DNA of 64,000 bases. Source: Strigamia acuminata (Eukaryota). Both the position numbers and the translations under genes were made by a program. A model generated the notes under the pieces. It was given only the letters and a program-made list of their open reading frames with translations. It was not told where the DNA came from and ran no database searches. Numbering within the stretch: the stretch's first letter is position 1; each line of letters starts with the position of its first letter. Below, one piece after another: positions 1 through 13,168 of this stretch. Location of the stretch: NCBI GenBank assembly GCA_949358305.1, contig OX442314.1, positions 17,918,001-17,982,000 on the forward strand, read 5' to 3'.

Positions 1-1085
1 AAGTTCGTAAAAAAAATATAACTCCCAAATTTTTCCATCAAATAATTTTTTTTGTATTAATATTATATATTTTTAAAAAAAAAATGGACTGGGGAGATTG
101 AACAAGAAAAATCCGTCCTACTCTAAAATCTCTAAGGAATGCACCCACCTCAATTACACCCAAAGACCCAAAAAAAAAATATGGAATAAAAAGAGAGAAA
201 AGAAAGAGATGAGATGATGGTGGTTGAGATCTGACAGGTGAATGCAAGTGGTCCATCTGCACACAAAGAGAAATCTCATCTCTTAAATTCCATTTTAGCA
301 CTACCCCTCGATTTGAATTGACCTTTTAAAAGACCTGTCTCGATTTAGAGGGAAAAAAAGAAAAAGTCATCAACTATTTTTAAAACTTAAAAAAAAAAAG
401 CCAAGTAATAAAACGAAATTTATTCTTTATTGTCCCCAGATCCAGATTCAGAAGCCAGATTAGGAAATAAAGGGCAAAAGGAAAACGGAAAACAGGTTTC
501 CCTCTTTAGACCATCTTAAATAAAAGAGACCCCCGCAAAAATATGTACGGGGTTGCTCTTCAAACCGCACCGCGCATGTGCTGAGTCACCGAGAGACGCG
601 CGCGTTTTTTCGCTTATTGTACGCATGTTTTTTAGCGAGACAACGTCCAAAAAGTGATGAATGAAATGTCCGACTCAGGCTAACCTCACCTCCCTTCCGA
701 TGTGTAGGGGTTTTCAGCAAAAAAAAAGAGAAAAAAAAAGTAGGGGTATGGGTGGGTGGGGGGTAGTTAGCAATTGTGCACCATATAAGGAAAATGACTT
801 TGAAAAATGACAGCTATATGCCCCCCACCTCCTCCCCCCGCTGGCCCTTCATTTTTTAAAGATAAATATCGTGTTCTTAAAATGCCATTGCTTCACCTAA
901 TGGGGCAATATTGTTAAGATGGCGGGTAAGGGAAAGGGGAAAGAGAAATATGGACGCGAGAGAAAAAAGAGAGAAAAAAAATACCCCTTCTCCCCGCTTT
1001 ACCCTTGTGCTCAAGTGGCCTCTTGGGTAGCTGCACGTGAAGTAGACGTAGAGTCGCAAACAATGAACGGGAAAAACCGCACGCA

Positions 1086-1099
1086 GTTGCCATGGCGAC
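1086..1099. promoter_or_regulatory. RFX X-box-like palindrome GTTGCCATGGCGAC
   Basis: 13/14 match to GTTGCCATGGCAAC. Confidence 0.5.
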
Positions 1100-1706
1100 A
1101 GCACCCAAAAAAGAGGTTCCAAAAGATTTTTCCCATTCATTTGGGCGAGAAAGGGGGAAATATTAGGATGAAAAATGACTTTGACAAATGGAAAACGGAG
1201 AACGCGACGCAGACGCTTGAATGTAATAAAATTATGTATAGAATAAAAAAAAAATATACATATATAAAAGGAAGAAAAAATTGTATATCAAAGACATGCA
1301 AAAATCGAACGCGACGTAGGAAATGAAAGAAATAATAGACACAATTTGCCTTCTTCACGTAATTACAACTCAAATCGGACGTGGGTCAACCCTTTTCAAC
1401 CCGTAATAACCGCTTAATAATAATAATAATAATAAAGCCTGACAAGTTACGGGTATATATTGCCAAAAGAAAAACAAGTAAATAGAAAAAACAACAAAGC
1501 ATTACCATTACGAAAAGCATCCATGTAGATCGGGAAAAATGGGAAGAGTTTACGATGGGAGATGAATCTATCTTTCTATCTATCTCCCCGTGACCGTGGA
1601 AGGAGGCACGTCACACGTGGAGAGGATCATGTGCGAGTGCGAGATAAAGCATCCAGACTAAACTAAAGTTTGGATGTGGCAAATTGGAGTTTGTTTTTTT
1701 GTTTAC

Positions 1707-1831
1707 CTGATGACGAACGGAGTCTTTGTCGTTTGTCGTGCATTAAATCTCTCCAACAAACGGACGTGAAGGAAAGCGACGAGGCTGTGTGCAGCGTGTA
1801 CGTAGTAGTGAACGGGCGCCCAGTCCATCAT
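1707..1831 (-). CDS. Candidate alternative first coding exon of an unidentified minus-strand gene (MMDWAPVHYYVHAAHSLVAFLHVRLLERFNARQTTKTPFVI-, phase 2)
   Basis: ATG at 1831 with an upstream in-frame stop; 41 open codons to donor CAG|GTAAAC; preceded by a GC/CpG-rich, UTR-like segment (~1900-2500). Confidence 0.45.
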
Positions 1832-1899
1832 GTAACAATTGTCCACTGGTTTATCTTTTTCCTCGCTCCGAGTGTCTTGTCATTTGTAAATCACCACCT

Positions 1900-2510
1900 C
1901 GCGAAAACACTAATGTCTTGACGAGACGCGTGTGTACGAGCCGCAGCCGGCGTCTCCACGACCCTGAATAACTGTTGATTGCGCGGCACCCCCCTGCGGC
2001 CAACAACAACCACTCCTCCTCGCCCAGTCAGCGAACGGGTTGCGCGTGCGCAGCTCTACACCAGCGCCTCCACAGCAACACAACCAGACGCCGAGTAGCT
2101 CGCTACACTCCACTTGGCCTCACCTCTCCCCCTCCCTGCTTCTCTCAGCGCTCAGCGCCGTCATCGCGCGTACCCTGGCGTCAGTCGTGAACGCCGACTC
2201 CAATGTCACGTGACAAGAAACAACAACCATTCACAAATTTCCTCCAACACGCCCGGAGTCAAATTAAGGTGCACCAATCATTTAGAAAGGAAAAAAAAAG
2301 CTAGTCTAGGCGGCTAATATTAGCTACGCTTAAGAGATCGTGTAGGAGTCCTCCTCAAGTGCATCCTAAAGGGAAACTAACGCAGAACGCAGAACGCCGA
2401 AACCGAACCGACGCGTTCCACGACTCGGGAGCAAGACACTTCCCGACCGAGCGTGACATGACGATCACGAATCGGCGCGATGTATAGTTTAGTGACTGCG
2501 CGTTTGGCAG
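1900..2510 (-). promoter_or_regulatory. GC/CpG-rich 5'UTR or promoter-like region
   Basis: Sharp rise in GC and CpG against the AT-rich background; Inr-like GCAGTC on the minus strand near 2497; lies upstream of the candidate exon at 1707-1831. Confidence 0.35.
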
Positions 2511-5500
2511 CAAAGGAAAAGGAAAAGGAAAAGGAAAAAGAAAATAGGAGAATAATAAATGTATTTTTATTTTGTTTTTGGTCGCGCGTTTTAACGAGTT
2601 CCTTCTGTTGCAGCAGCTCAACTTCCAGACAGTACTCTGTACTGTGTGATTTCTATCGGTTACGGCTTTCAATCACTTTTTAACATCCATCACTCGTTTT
2701 CTAAAGACTGTTCGAGTTTCTAGTGGACCCCGTTTCAATACGACAGTTCCCATTTTTAAGGAATGTTGAATCTCCCTCGATGGTCCGTCAATTAACACCC
2801 CGCGTTCCCGTCAGGTATGAGTCGCACGCGCACAATGGGGTGGCGGGAAATAACCGCCACTCTCCATACTAACAACAAACGCGAGTCAGTCCAACTACTT
2901 TTTCTCCCGCCCCAGCAAAAATCACTTTCCAAAATGGCGTATATTGTATTGGTGTGCCATGCATGGACAATTTGCGTGTACAAAATGCTGACATGAGGGG
3001 TCTTCAAATAAGAGGAGAGAGGAGGAGGGAGGACAAGGGGACACAAGCACACATATCACAACCACTTATTTGACACCTTTCGGCAAAACTCGGAAATTAA
3101 AATTAATATTAATATATGACGATATTAACCAAAATAAGCCGCTTCTTGAGTAATTAATTTGCGCGCTCGTCTGTCATTTAAAATGCAGTGGGTGGTGGTT
3201 AAAGATAGTGAACGGGGTTAGTAATAGACAGTAAAAATGCCATTTAATTAATTTTCAACATGTTGATCTTTGAGCTAGAAAATGGCGGCACGCGTGTAAC
3301 TCGCCAAAGTCCCAACAGAGACCGGCCATAAAGTGATAATGATAGACTATAAACGGGACCAAATTCAAACAAAATCTATTACAAGAAACTGCTCATTATG
3401 CAAATTTTTCCAGGAAAAAGAAATCTTCTTTCCAGCGTAAGCAACTAAAGTTTTTGTCATACAGCCCAATTTCACATCTTTTCCCAGAAAGCAATAAACC
3501 ACCACCGCTCCGCCCCCTACCCTTACTTTTTACTACAAGAGTAAAAATTTTAAAATGCCGCTCGGATCGTCCATCAACCATCGTTCGTTCCCTCTCGACG
3601 TGTTTAAAAGAGAAATTTAATAATAATGCGCCTAGAAATAAATTCACTTACAAATTCCGACTCCTTCTGTGCTCTTTGCAATTTTTATTATTTTTATAAC
3701 AAATTCCACTCCACCCAAACATTTTTAAGAAAAAAAAATAAAATAAAAAAATCACTAAACTAAAAACAGAAATGACTTTGGGCGTGGGTCAAACGAAAGT
3801 TTGTTTGTATATCCGGAATCCATGATTGCATAAACACGAGGGATTAAAAAAGTTGGAGCATGCGCATTTAAGTTAAATGTTTTACACCTCCCTGTTACAA
3901 AGCACATCAAGACGGGTTGCCAAATTTTTTTCCCCCTAGACTTGAAACGCCACAGAGGCACTCGAGGCAAACTTACTAAATCGAGAGAAAGCAAAAATAA
4001 ACAAAACTTTTCTTCGACTGTTTATGGAAACTTCTGCCTTCAACTTTCCCTTCATAAATATACAGAAAAATAAAAAAAATAAAAAGTTAAATATAATCCA
4101 CCTATTTTCTGCGCCAATTTCTTTCAAAACGAGCAAACAAATACAAATATCCCGAGCAATAAGAAGACGGCGACAAGCGCACCTGCCTTGCACGAGGTCG
4201 CTCCACTTTACACACGCGGACATTTCAATGTGTAGTGGGCAAACTGCCAATCAGAACCAAACCAGTGGGTGTGCCCCGATCGCAAAACTAGATCATTGTC
4301 TAGGAGGAGTCCGAGGGATGGGTGGGAAGAACACCTGGGTCTGGATCTAGGATCTGGCCTTGGATTCAAACAGGTGTGAAACTTTGCTCGCCGATTATGC
4401 TCAAATTTTAATGATCGCTAAACGTGAGAATCGACTTCCCCTGCCCGTAAATAAAGCGCGCATTTCAATTAACGTCCATCTCTATTTGGATAAACGTTAG
4501 AAGAAATAAAATGCTTTATAAAAACGAAACAAAAAGATAAATAAGAAAAAACTTGCGAGTAAATTAATACCGGTGAGTAAATGTCTTGGTGTTCGTCCAT
4601 TGTCTCCATACTCAAAGGGTTTAATGGGGTTTTTGATCCTTGATAATATGGCGAGCTAAATAATAATCAAGCCTCCTTTTATATAAAAGCAAAACGGCAT
4701 CCCCTCAAGCTGGGGGAGGGAAGGGATCTGAAAAATATTTCTAAGAAATCCCGGAGCTTGACTTTTAATAGTGATCATCCTCTAAATAATTATCATAAAA
4801 AAGGCAGCGTAATGAACACATTCAAACAAAATTTATACTTGAATCGTTTTTTTATTCTTCCATTAAAAAATATAAAAATAAAATTTAAAAAAATGAGATG
4901 AACATCTGGTGCCCTTTTGAACGTGACCTTAAATCAATCGGTGTCTTTGAATGACATTTTAAAAATGTAATAAATGGATATTCGAGTTCTTGCTCGGTGT
5001 GTAATTAAAGAAAAAGATACTTTTGGTCACACTTTGTTAAATTCCGTACTATTTTCCGATACACATGATGGATTTAGCGTGAAGAATTATTATCTCCCGA
5101 GTTTAACAAAATGACAAAAACAGCAATAGACAAAGACCACCCCTCTTCAAGACTCGATAAAAATCAACCAACCTTGCCACTTGCATGTCACATCTTACAT
5201 CAGCAGAAAAAAGATCTGTTCTAAAAGAAGCGGGATACAAATTTACCGAAAACCTATTAACTACCCAAAAACAAATTAAAAAAGGCTTAAAACTTAAAAC
5301 CAGGGAAATTAAAAAGAAATAAAAAAAAGAAAAATAATTTAAAGGTCATGCGCATTGAGTTTTTATTTTTAATCTTGTTAGCAATTAAAAAATAAAAAAA
5401 CAAATAGGCCTATCATTCTATTCTTTAATGCATTTGTGCAAACATCTACGTACAAAACGTGTTTATTTTATTGTGTGATGCATCATCCCACGTGTGATCC

Positions 5501-5812
5501 GCGATTAAACAGCAGATTCATCTCTTTCGATTGTTTGAAATTAAATCTGCGCATGCGCACTCATAAACCCCAACTTTGTGACATTGAGCTTGGCCCAGAG
5601 GTGCCTGTGATACTGCTTCGCGCCACAAACTTCGTCGCCACGTTTTGTTTTTAAATTGTTTTATTTAATTTCATAGGGCAACAAGTAACAGTGAGTGCAC
5701 TTGTCCTTTTCGTGAAAACCTATTTTTAGTTACTCGAGGTAGTAAATTTCTTCAGGGTTCACGAACTGTGTCTCACAAGACACAAATTAAAATTTAAAGA
5801 AAATGAACTTAC

Positions 5813-5870
5813 TTTTGTGACAAAGTAGATGGCATTTAAGGTTGGCTGCTTGTGGAAATGAAGATAGTTC
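5813..5870 (-). CDS. Candidate 58-nt exon with an internal ATG (MPSTLSQ-, phase 2), or an internal/UTR exon
   Basis: Strong acceptor TTTTGTCTTTTTCCAG| and donor AAA|GTAAGT; ATG at 5835 with an in-frame stop just upstream. Confidence 0.5.
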
Positions 5871-7050
5871 CTGGAAAAAGACAAAACATGAAATTACTTT
5901 CACCTCATCATCCATGATGTCATTTTCGTTCACAGGTATCGCACTTATTTTATCACCCAAGCACCCTTGACGGGGTTACCAACCCAAATGTCTCCGAATC
6001 ACCTGAAAAACTCCATTTTACGAGCAGAAAAATTTTAAATCCCCAAATAGACTTTAAAATAATAATTGTAATAAAATCTAGCGATGAAAATTACAGGGAT
6101 AAAACACGAGAAAAAGAATAAACGAGTCGAAATGAGCAGTTGAGGCTCAAAAAAGGAGTTGACAAATTAAACTGGAATCTTCGTAAGGCAATATGGCGTC
6201 ATTTAGTGCCTTATTCAGATTGAAGGTCAAGAGCGAAGTGGTAATAAATCTCTTTGTCTCGCGTTTCTCAATACTATTCCCTCAAGTGAAAAATTATTAC
6301 ATTAACATTGACCGGGGCAGTCGTTTGATAAGAGTCCATTCAACCCTATCTATACGGGTCTATACTTAGAGGAAACACCTGGGCGCCGCATTTGACAACA
6401 ATAGTGCATACAATTGCTTCTCCGACTCATTTCCACGAGAAGACAATTTCTTTAATGAGTCAAAGACAAATATATAAACATAATGAAGGGAAATGAGGGA
6501 AAGTCAAGATTAATAACCTTGCACTTGAAAAAAATAAATAAAAATAAAAATAAAAATAAAATAAAAATATAAATTTTGATTTCTGTTCTTAAAATTATAT
6601 AACTGTGTAATACAAAAAAGTAGAAGCAGAAAAAGTCAACTAAACCCTTTTGCTTATCAAGATGGCTTTATGTCATAATGTGTAAGTCAGGATTAATATT
6701 TACTTCTGCGCATGCCTGTCAATTGCAACTCCGCGAGGGAAAAAATAAAAATAGGAATATTAAGCGCACAACGTACATTTATCATCAGCAATGGCTTCCT
6801 GAATTCATGAATATTCGCATAACACCTGTTGCAACTAATCCCTAGTCTGAAGCGAATCAACTGACAGATGGTGAACTAACAGACATAAAGAATTAAAGAA
6901 AAAAAAGGAGAGTAAAGTGTAAAGAGAAAAAGAAGCGATAAAAGAAGAAATGGGTAATGGCAACTGAGCTAACACCAAAACAATCCATTTTCCCCTTCTC
7001 TGTTCTCTCTTTCCTTTTTATTAGGCCCATAGAACATAAGCTGCAAACGT

Positions 7051-7077
7051 GTCGCTTAGCAACAGTTACCAAGCAAC
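7051..7077. promoter_or_regulatory. Two tandem X-box-like sites, GTCGCTTAGCAAC and GTTACCAAGCAAC
   Basis: Two 13-bp RFX-type sites separated by 1 nt. Confidence 0.5.
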
Positions 7078-10000
7078 ATCATCATTCTTCTTAAGAATGA
7101 TGACTTCAAACATCTTAACAGTCAACCTTTCAATGTTTAAAAAATAAAAAAAAAGTGAAACGAAACATCTTTTTATTCACATAATGAAGCATTGATATTC
7201 CAATTACATCAAGTAATTTAACTTACTTTAATTAAATTTCATTTCTTTTTTTTAAATAGAAATAAAAATAAATACAGAAAAAATACTTTAGAAAAACAAG
7301 TTATTTAAGTTCATTGACATTCTGTTTAAACTGCCCTCCTATCATCAAAAGCCATTCGTCTACTAAACACCTAATTTCTAATTTTCTTTCCTTTTAACTT
7401 TTTTTTTTTAAAAAAACATCAGCGTACACACACAGGCAGTTTGTGGATCGAATTCCAAAGCAAAACGAGTTTCCACCTTTGGTATTATCACAGAATAATG
7501 AGAAAATAAACGAGTTCGCATAAATTAAACTCTTCTTCTTTTTTAAACCCAAATTAAAAAAAAAACTCATACCCACATAAATAAAATTCTCAAAAAAAAA
7601 CAATTTTCCGCTTTAAATAAACGTTCAAGCACCCTCAAAAACCATGTCATTGTGTGGAGAATAAATCACAAGTATACAATTAACAATTGAGTGGAAAAAA
7701 AGGACACACATTGTGTAACATTGTATGTACACATTATTTATTTCATTTTTATTATGTGCTTCATAATTCAAAAAGTGACTGCTTTTAAAATTAGATTCTT
7801 ACTACTTCACTATTATCTCGTTTGACAATGCACACTTGGGTAATTTATAAAAATTCTCCCACGTGCCAGGTAAGTCTCCCAATTCCCAAACCCAGTCTGA
7901 AAATTCACCCCTCTATACAAACTCCTATGGAGGAGAAAACAGGGTCAGAATTCTTTAGCCAGACAGACAGACAATACACATCATCCTCACCTAACACGTT
8001 GAGAATAAATTCCCTCCCCCTCATGGCAACAGACCCACACATCCAAGTGGGAGGTAAGGAATTGCCCCTTTTTATCCAAATAAATAAACCCCCTTGGAAA
8101 TTTCCCGGAATTTATATCACATTTTCATTTTTACTATGTTTGTTTTTCCCTTCTGCCAAATTCGATCTCAAGTGGCCTATTTCTCATCCAGATGAAAAAC
8201 GTCGACGATAGTAGGGGGAGTAGGCAGGAGAAGTCCAATGATTTACTCCCTCCTCCTAGCAGCCAGAAGGGTAAGGAAATTGGGGCCGGCGCGCAGGGGC
8301 CTGACCCCCAACCCATCACCTCATAAATAACAGCGCACGCGCTAACTTGAGCCGCACTCACACGTGGTGAGATTCAGTTCTGGATCTCCCACTGCGAACC
8401 CAAATCTTTCTCTTTTGCACGTGCTCGCATGTGGAGTCACGCAAACCGAGAAGAAAGACTGGTTATTCTTTTCCTAGGGTGTGAAAGGCCAAAGTTTAGA
8501 TACACAACAAGCTACCAAAGCCACTCTTGCAAGAAAATCCCAACTGACTAGTCCACCATCATGCTCATCGACCATTTATTACCCATAATTCTATTCAGCG
8601 TCTTTCTTTCAATAAAACTGCTTCCGAGTGACGCCATTTTAAAAACCGCACCGGCATTTCTCTTCGAGCACGATTCATTCGATTTCGATTTTTGAGTACA
8701 TTAAAAGCCACATCTTTTTTTCATCTTTCGCTTTTTCTTTTTTATATATTCAATCTCGTCTAACTCCCCTAAAGCCTCTTTACTTCACCCCGTCTCAAAT
8801 CGTCAGCTGACAGCTCTCAGGTGGGGCTTAATCCATTATCCCCACCTTCTTTACGATCCAACACTCCTTCAGGACACATCTATTCTACATAATCCGAAAA
8901 AAAAGGCTAAAGATTCGCATTACTCTTCTTTGAATATCTTAAACTTTAAGAGGAATTTATACTTAAATAATTTTCTTTTAAAATAAAAAGGGTCTGATAA
9001 ATGGCGCAAGCAGTCACACCGTCTGACAGAATTGATTAATTACACTACGTGCAAACCAAAAGGGGTAAAGAAAAACAGGTTAAGGAATATTGAATACGGA
9101 GAAAAAAATGAGAAAAAAATATTGGCATTCAAACCCAATCTAAAAATACATATTTTATGCTATCAATTTCCATCAATCTATGAAAAGTACAAGCACATTC
9201 TAGTCTAATGTCCTAGCTATACTACATGCCTAAAATACAAAACAAAACAAAAGCAGCCCAATTTTTCTTTTCTAGAAATCTAAGCATAAGCAAAAAAGTT
9301 ATAACTTAAATGTAAAACGGTTTCTAAATAAATGTAAAGAAAATCTGAAATTAGTTTAACGAATCCGCTGTTTCGGATAACAATTTCTGTCCGATGTGAC
9401 ATTGCGCGCACCCGAATGCATTAGAGCGTTGAAGTTAAGTCCATCTATTGTTACTTTCATTCGTGGATCGTCCAGGCCATCTGATAACTTATGTAATTGC
9501 TTAATTACATTTCATGTTTCGAGACAACGTCAACGTGTTAGAATAGCATGACCAACCTAAGTAGCCATTTTCTATTTTACAGTATGTTGCTTTTAATTAA
9601 TTTGATCAGCATGTGAATCAAAATTAAATCAAACGGTGGATTCTGCGTTTACGATTTGCTAACCTTGCTACCCACAAGTTAAACAGCGTAAACTAACTTG
9701 TAAGTCAAAAGTACACATTTGCGAAAATGTTAACTTATTGATTTATTAAATAAAGCCTTACAAAAATAAGACTTTGAAAGCCCAGATAATTCGTTGAATG
9801 AGCCAATAAAAGATCTTTCCACTTGTCTCCACACTAAAGATATGTATCACGAATGACTTTTCTCCACCCTCCTGCGACGAGAGAGAAAATGTCGGAGAAA
9901 GAGGGGTCCCTGTCTTTGTTTCTTTGAAAACTCAAAAACCGTTCACAATCTTTTCATTCTAGTGTCAAGTGACGTTGAGATGCCCTCGTTTTCTCCCAAA

Positions 10001-13000
10001 AAAAGCATAAAAAGAAAAAAAAAGAAAACTTCACTGGTGGAATATAATAAAAGATGAAAGACATAGCAGATGAGGGTGAGGATATACCTTGGGTTGTTGC
10101 CAGAAAGGGAGGTAGGTTTCTTCTAGCAGGGCTAGGGAGGGAATGAGTTGGTATGGAGGGTGAGTTTGTCGCTCGCTCACCCTTTGACCCACCTCCATCC
10201 CTTCTTCCTTCCTAGTCATTTGGTGAGCATTGAATTGGAGACGAGAACTTGTCAAATTAGCAGCTAGCAACTTTACACACATTTCATTGATTCTCATTAA
10301 CTTGTCACAAAAGTAAAAAGCCAGCAATTAAACGTCTTCACACCTCTAGACAAGTACAAAAAAAAGCGTCCCCTCCCCATTACTTAGCTTTAAACCCAGG
10401 TCCGTCGCTTCAATTAGCCTTGGCCCTTTGGCTCTTTGATTCCTCCTTCGTCAGCGTCGAGCTCGGGGGCCCCCCACCACCATCTGAAGGACCCTGCAAA
10501 CGGACACCTGAACCCTAAGGGGATTATGTTGACCATTGATGAAAAGGTTTTAGCGCTTTAAAAGGGAACGACAAGCTTCTCAACTCCACCAAAGTGACCG
10601 CTTCGATTAGGTGCACGTTCCACCTCTTCACACCTGGTCCACGACACTCGCTAAGGAATTATTAACTATAAATTCACGCCGAGATCCATTTTACATCTCA
10701 TTTTTATCGCATTGGCCACTGTTTTGCCACTTGCTGGGACGCGAGCAAATGGTGGCACAAAAATTTATGACTCGTGCGGGCCACGAAGCGAAGGGGGAAA
10801 GGAGAGGGCAAGTGATGGCACAGGCGACCTCGCGTTGACCTGTGTGTCTTGGCGGCTGTTAAAATCTTGTTTGCCAGTGTCATCTACGCGCCAGCTTCAT
10901 TCATCTTATTTGCCATGAGGAATGCTAAAAGGTGGCACGCGAGTCGTACAAAACGTGCAACGCCACACTGACTACAAATTCGAGGCGCAGAAAAAAAAAA
11001 GAGAGAATCCGATTCAAATTGACACGTTTCTTGTGCGAGATAGAATTAAAGGAATTAATTGTTTGCATCGGATGTACGTACGACCGAATAAGATTTGCCA
11101 CAAGGAATTCTAGGTCATCGCCAGAGCGTAGAGATGAAGGCGGGGATAAGAGACTAATATGCACACCTTTTTGATTCGATAAAATGGTGTGCAGAAGTGG
11201 GATTAAACAGAAAAGGGCATCAAGTTCAGAGCCCAGCCCTACCATTAGCAGTAGAAGGCGTGTCATTACGGGCACAACTCCTATCCTTAGCTAACGCGCT
11301 TCAATTTTGCGCACTGTTAATTACACAGGTAATGGAGGTATTTAAAAGAAAAGAAAAATAAATGGAATGAAAGCAGTGTAAAAATCCATAATGATTCGTT
11401 TTAGCATACACACACCCAAGTGAAAGCAATCAAGAACGGAGGAGGAGACACGAAAGATTGAAATCAAATCAGAGCGAAAAACCTAAGGACATTGAGCCGG
11501 AGGAATGCAGACAAACGCAGAGGGGGGACACTCCTTTCATCTCGACCACTTCATCATTTTTTAAATAAGTTGGATTATTATTTATTATGATGTTATTTCC
11601 TTCAACTCGCCAAAGGCCGTGAAGGCCAAGGCAACATTCATATCATTAGTCACTTTTCCCAAGAACTCGGGGACCTGCAAACGAACGAACGAACGCGGGA
11701 GGAGGGGTCATGAAGAATGAGAAAGGGAGGGAGGAGAGAGAGAGAGAGAGAGTAAGGGGAAGCAAGGTAATGGGGAAGGGAGGATGTAAGCACAACTTTA
11801 GGTCTCCCACCATCATCAAAACCAAATTGGATTTTTATTTTTTACGATCCGTGACTTGCAAACGCCCAATAGGACGCGCGTCAAGGGGTGGGTGGCAAGA
11901 GGCGAGCGAGTGTGTGGGTGGCTTGTCGATAGAAAAAATAAAAACGGAAAAAAAATCTCATATGTCAAAAGAAGTTCATTAAGTAGTGGCACTCAACACA
12001 CCTGCCACACCTGTGCAACATGGCAGAAGATTGCTGTACACAAATGTTCTCCATCAGAAGAATGTAGAATTATAGAAAAGACCGCTCCTTTAACGTTCAA
12101 CTAATGAGAAACACATTAACATCCATAAGTTAACCTTTTTTTTCTCTCTCTCTCCTTCTAGAACTAACTCCAATTACCTTTTATGCAGATTACTTGTAAT
12201 TGAGGTGGTCTTTTAGAAGTCCACTACTTGTTTCACAAGGACGTAAACAATAAACACAGAAAATGGCTTCAAAAATGACATTTGTTCACCTCCTTGAACA
12301 TATCACGCAAAAGCCGAATTTCTTTCGCCGCAGAATGGATTTTCAACTGACGGTGGACCGTTATAAATTTATAAGTGCAGTCGTTAAGTGTCGGCACACA
12401 ATGGCATTTCTTCGCTTTACGACACAATCAAGGATTGGCGAAACCCATAGCCGACCCAAAGAGGCGTAAACCAAGGAAAAACGAGATGCGAATTCCACTA
12501 GATCGCCACTGACCTGCAGTGCACGATCCACATTTACAACCCATTACATGCAACGTGGCCACTTTTTTTCCTTTTATCCCTGACTTCTACCTCGCCCTTT
12601 TTTTTAAACTCATTTTCTTATGGAAAAAAAAAATCTATTAAAAACATCCGCCATTATCCTTTCGGTTTTTAATGATATAATACGGCGAAGCATAAATCCC
12701 GAATTTAATCTGGATTTTAATGGACACGTTTACGAGAACCAATTTCAATAAAAATGCAGATTACTGGTCATTCCAAACATTTATCACTTTTCTCCACTAG
12801 CATCCTATTACTCTCCTCCAAGAACGCTTGCGATCGTAAAAGATTTGTTTGTAATGTGCTCATTAACTTCGTCATCCGCTGATTGCTGTTATGAATTTAG
12901 TAATCAATGTATTTGGAGAAAAAAATGTAGAAATTTAGAGAAGAGATAAAATATATAATGCGGGTCACCTCTCTCAATATATAATAACAATAAAACAACA

Positions 13001-13116
13001 CTCATCATAGAAATTAAAAATTAAAAATGTCGACCATTCATCACTGTCCAAGTGATGGGAAATGAAACCTCCCACTGTATAAAAATTGGTGTTAATTTAA
13101 AAATAAAAAAAACTAC

Positions 13117-13168
13117 CTGTGTGTGATAGGAGTATCCGCACATAGTAGATTGAAAAAAGACGATTAAT
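13117..13168 (-). other. Candidate 52-nt exon (probably 5'UTR)
   Basis: Acceptor TTTGTTTCTTTATTTGCAG|; weaker donor CAG|GTAGTT. Confidence 0.3.

Noticed and set aside
1003..1093. Minus-strand ORF MATACGFSRSLFATLRLLHVQLPKRPLEHK-, resembling a mitochondrial targeting peptide and ending at a donor
   Set aside because: Its good Kozak context is explained by the X-box palindrome; no independent support.
1707..1831. LHVRLLERF resembles LFVKLLEQF in the alternative N-terminus of vertebrate KChIP4a
   Set aside because: Only a 9-residue resemblance, no matching hydrophobic segment and no EF-hand exons in the window; not enough to name the gene.
5813..5870. One frame reads ELSSFPQAANLKCHLLCHK, matching the F-x5-L-x2-H-x3-H half of a C2H2 zinc finger
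   Set aside because: The residue four before F is Glu, not Cys, and no exon supplying C-x2-C was found; likely chance.
7865..7876. Plus-strand consensus donor CAG|GTAAGT (another GTAAGT near 29679)
   Set aside because: No matching plus-strand exon or ORF; isolated donors are expected by chance in 64 kb.
11133..11152. Near-repeat GATGAAGGCGGGGATAAGAG, similar to 45350-45368
   Set aside because: Short, gapped match with no flanking similarity.
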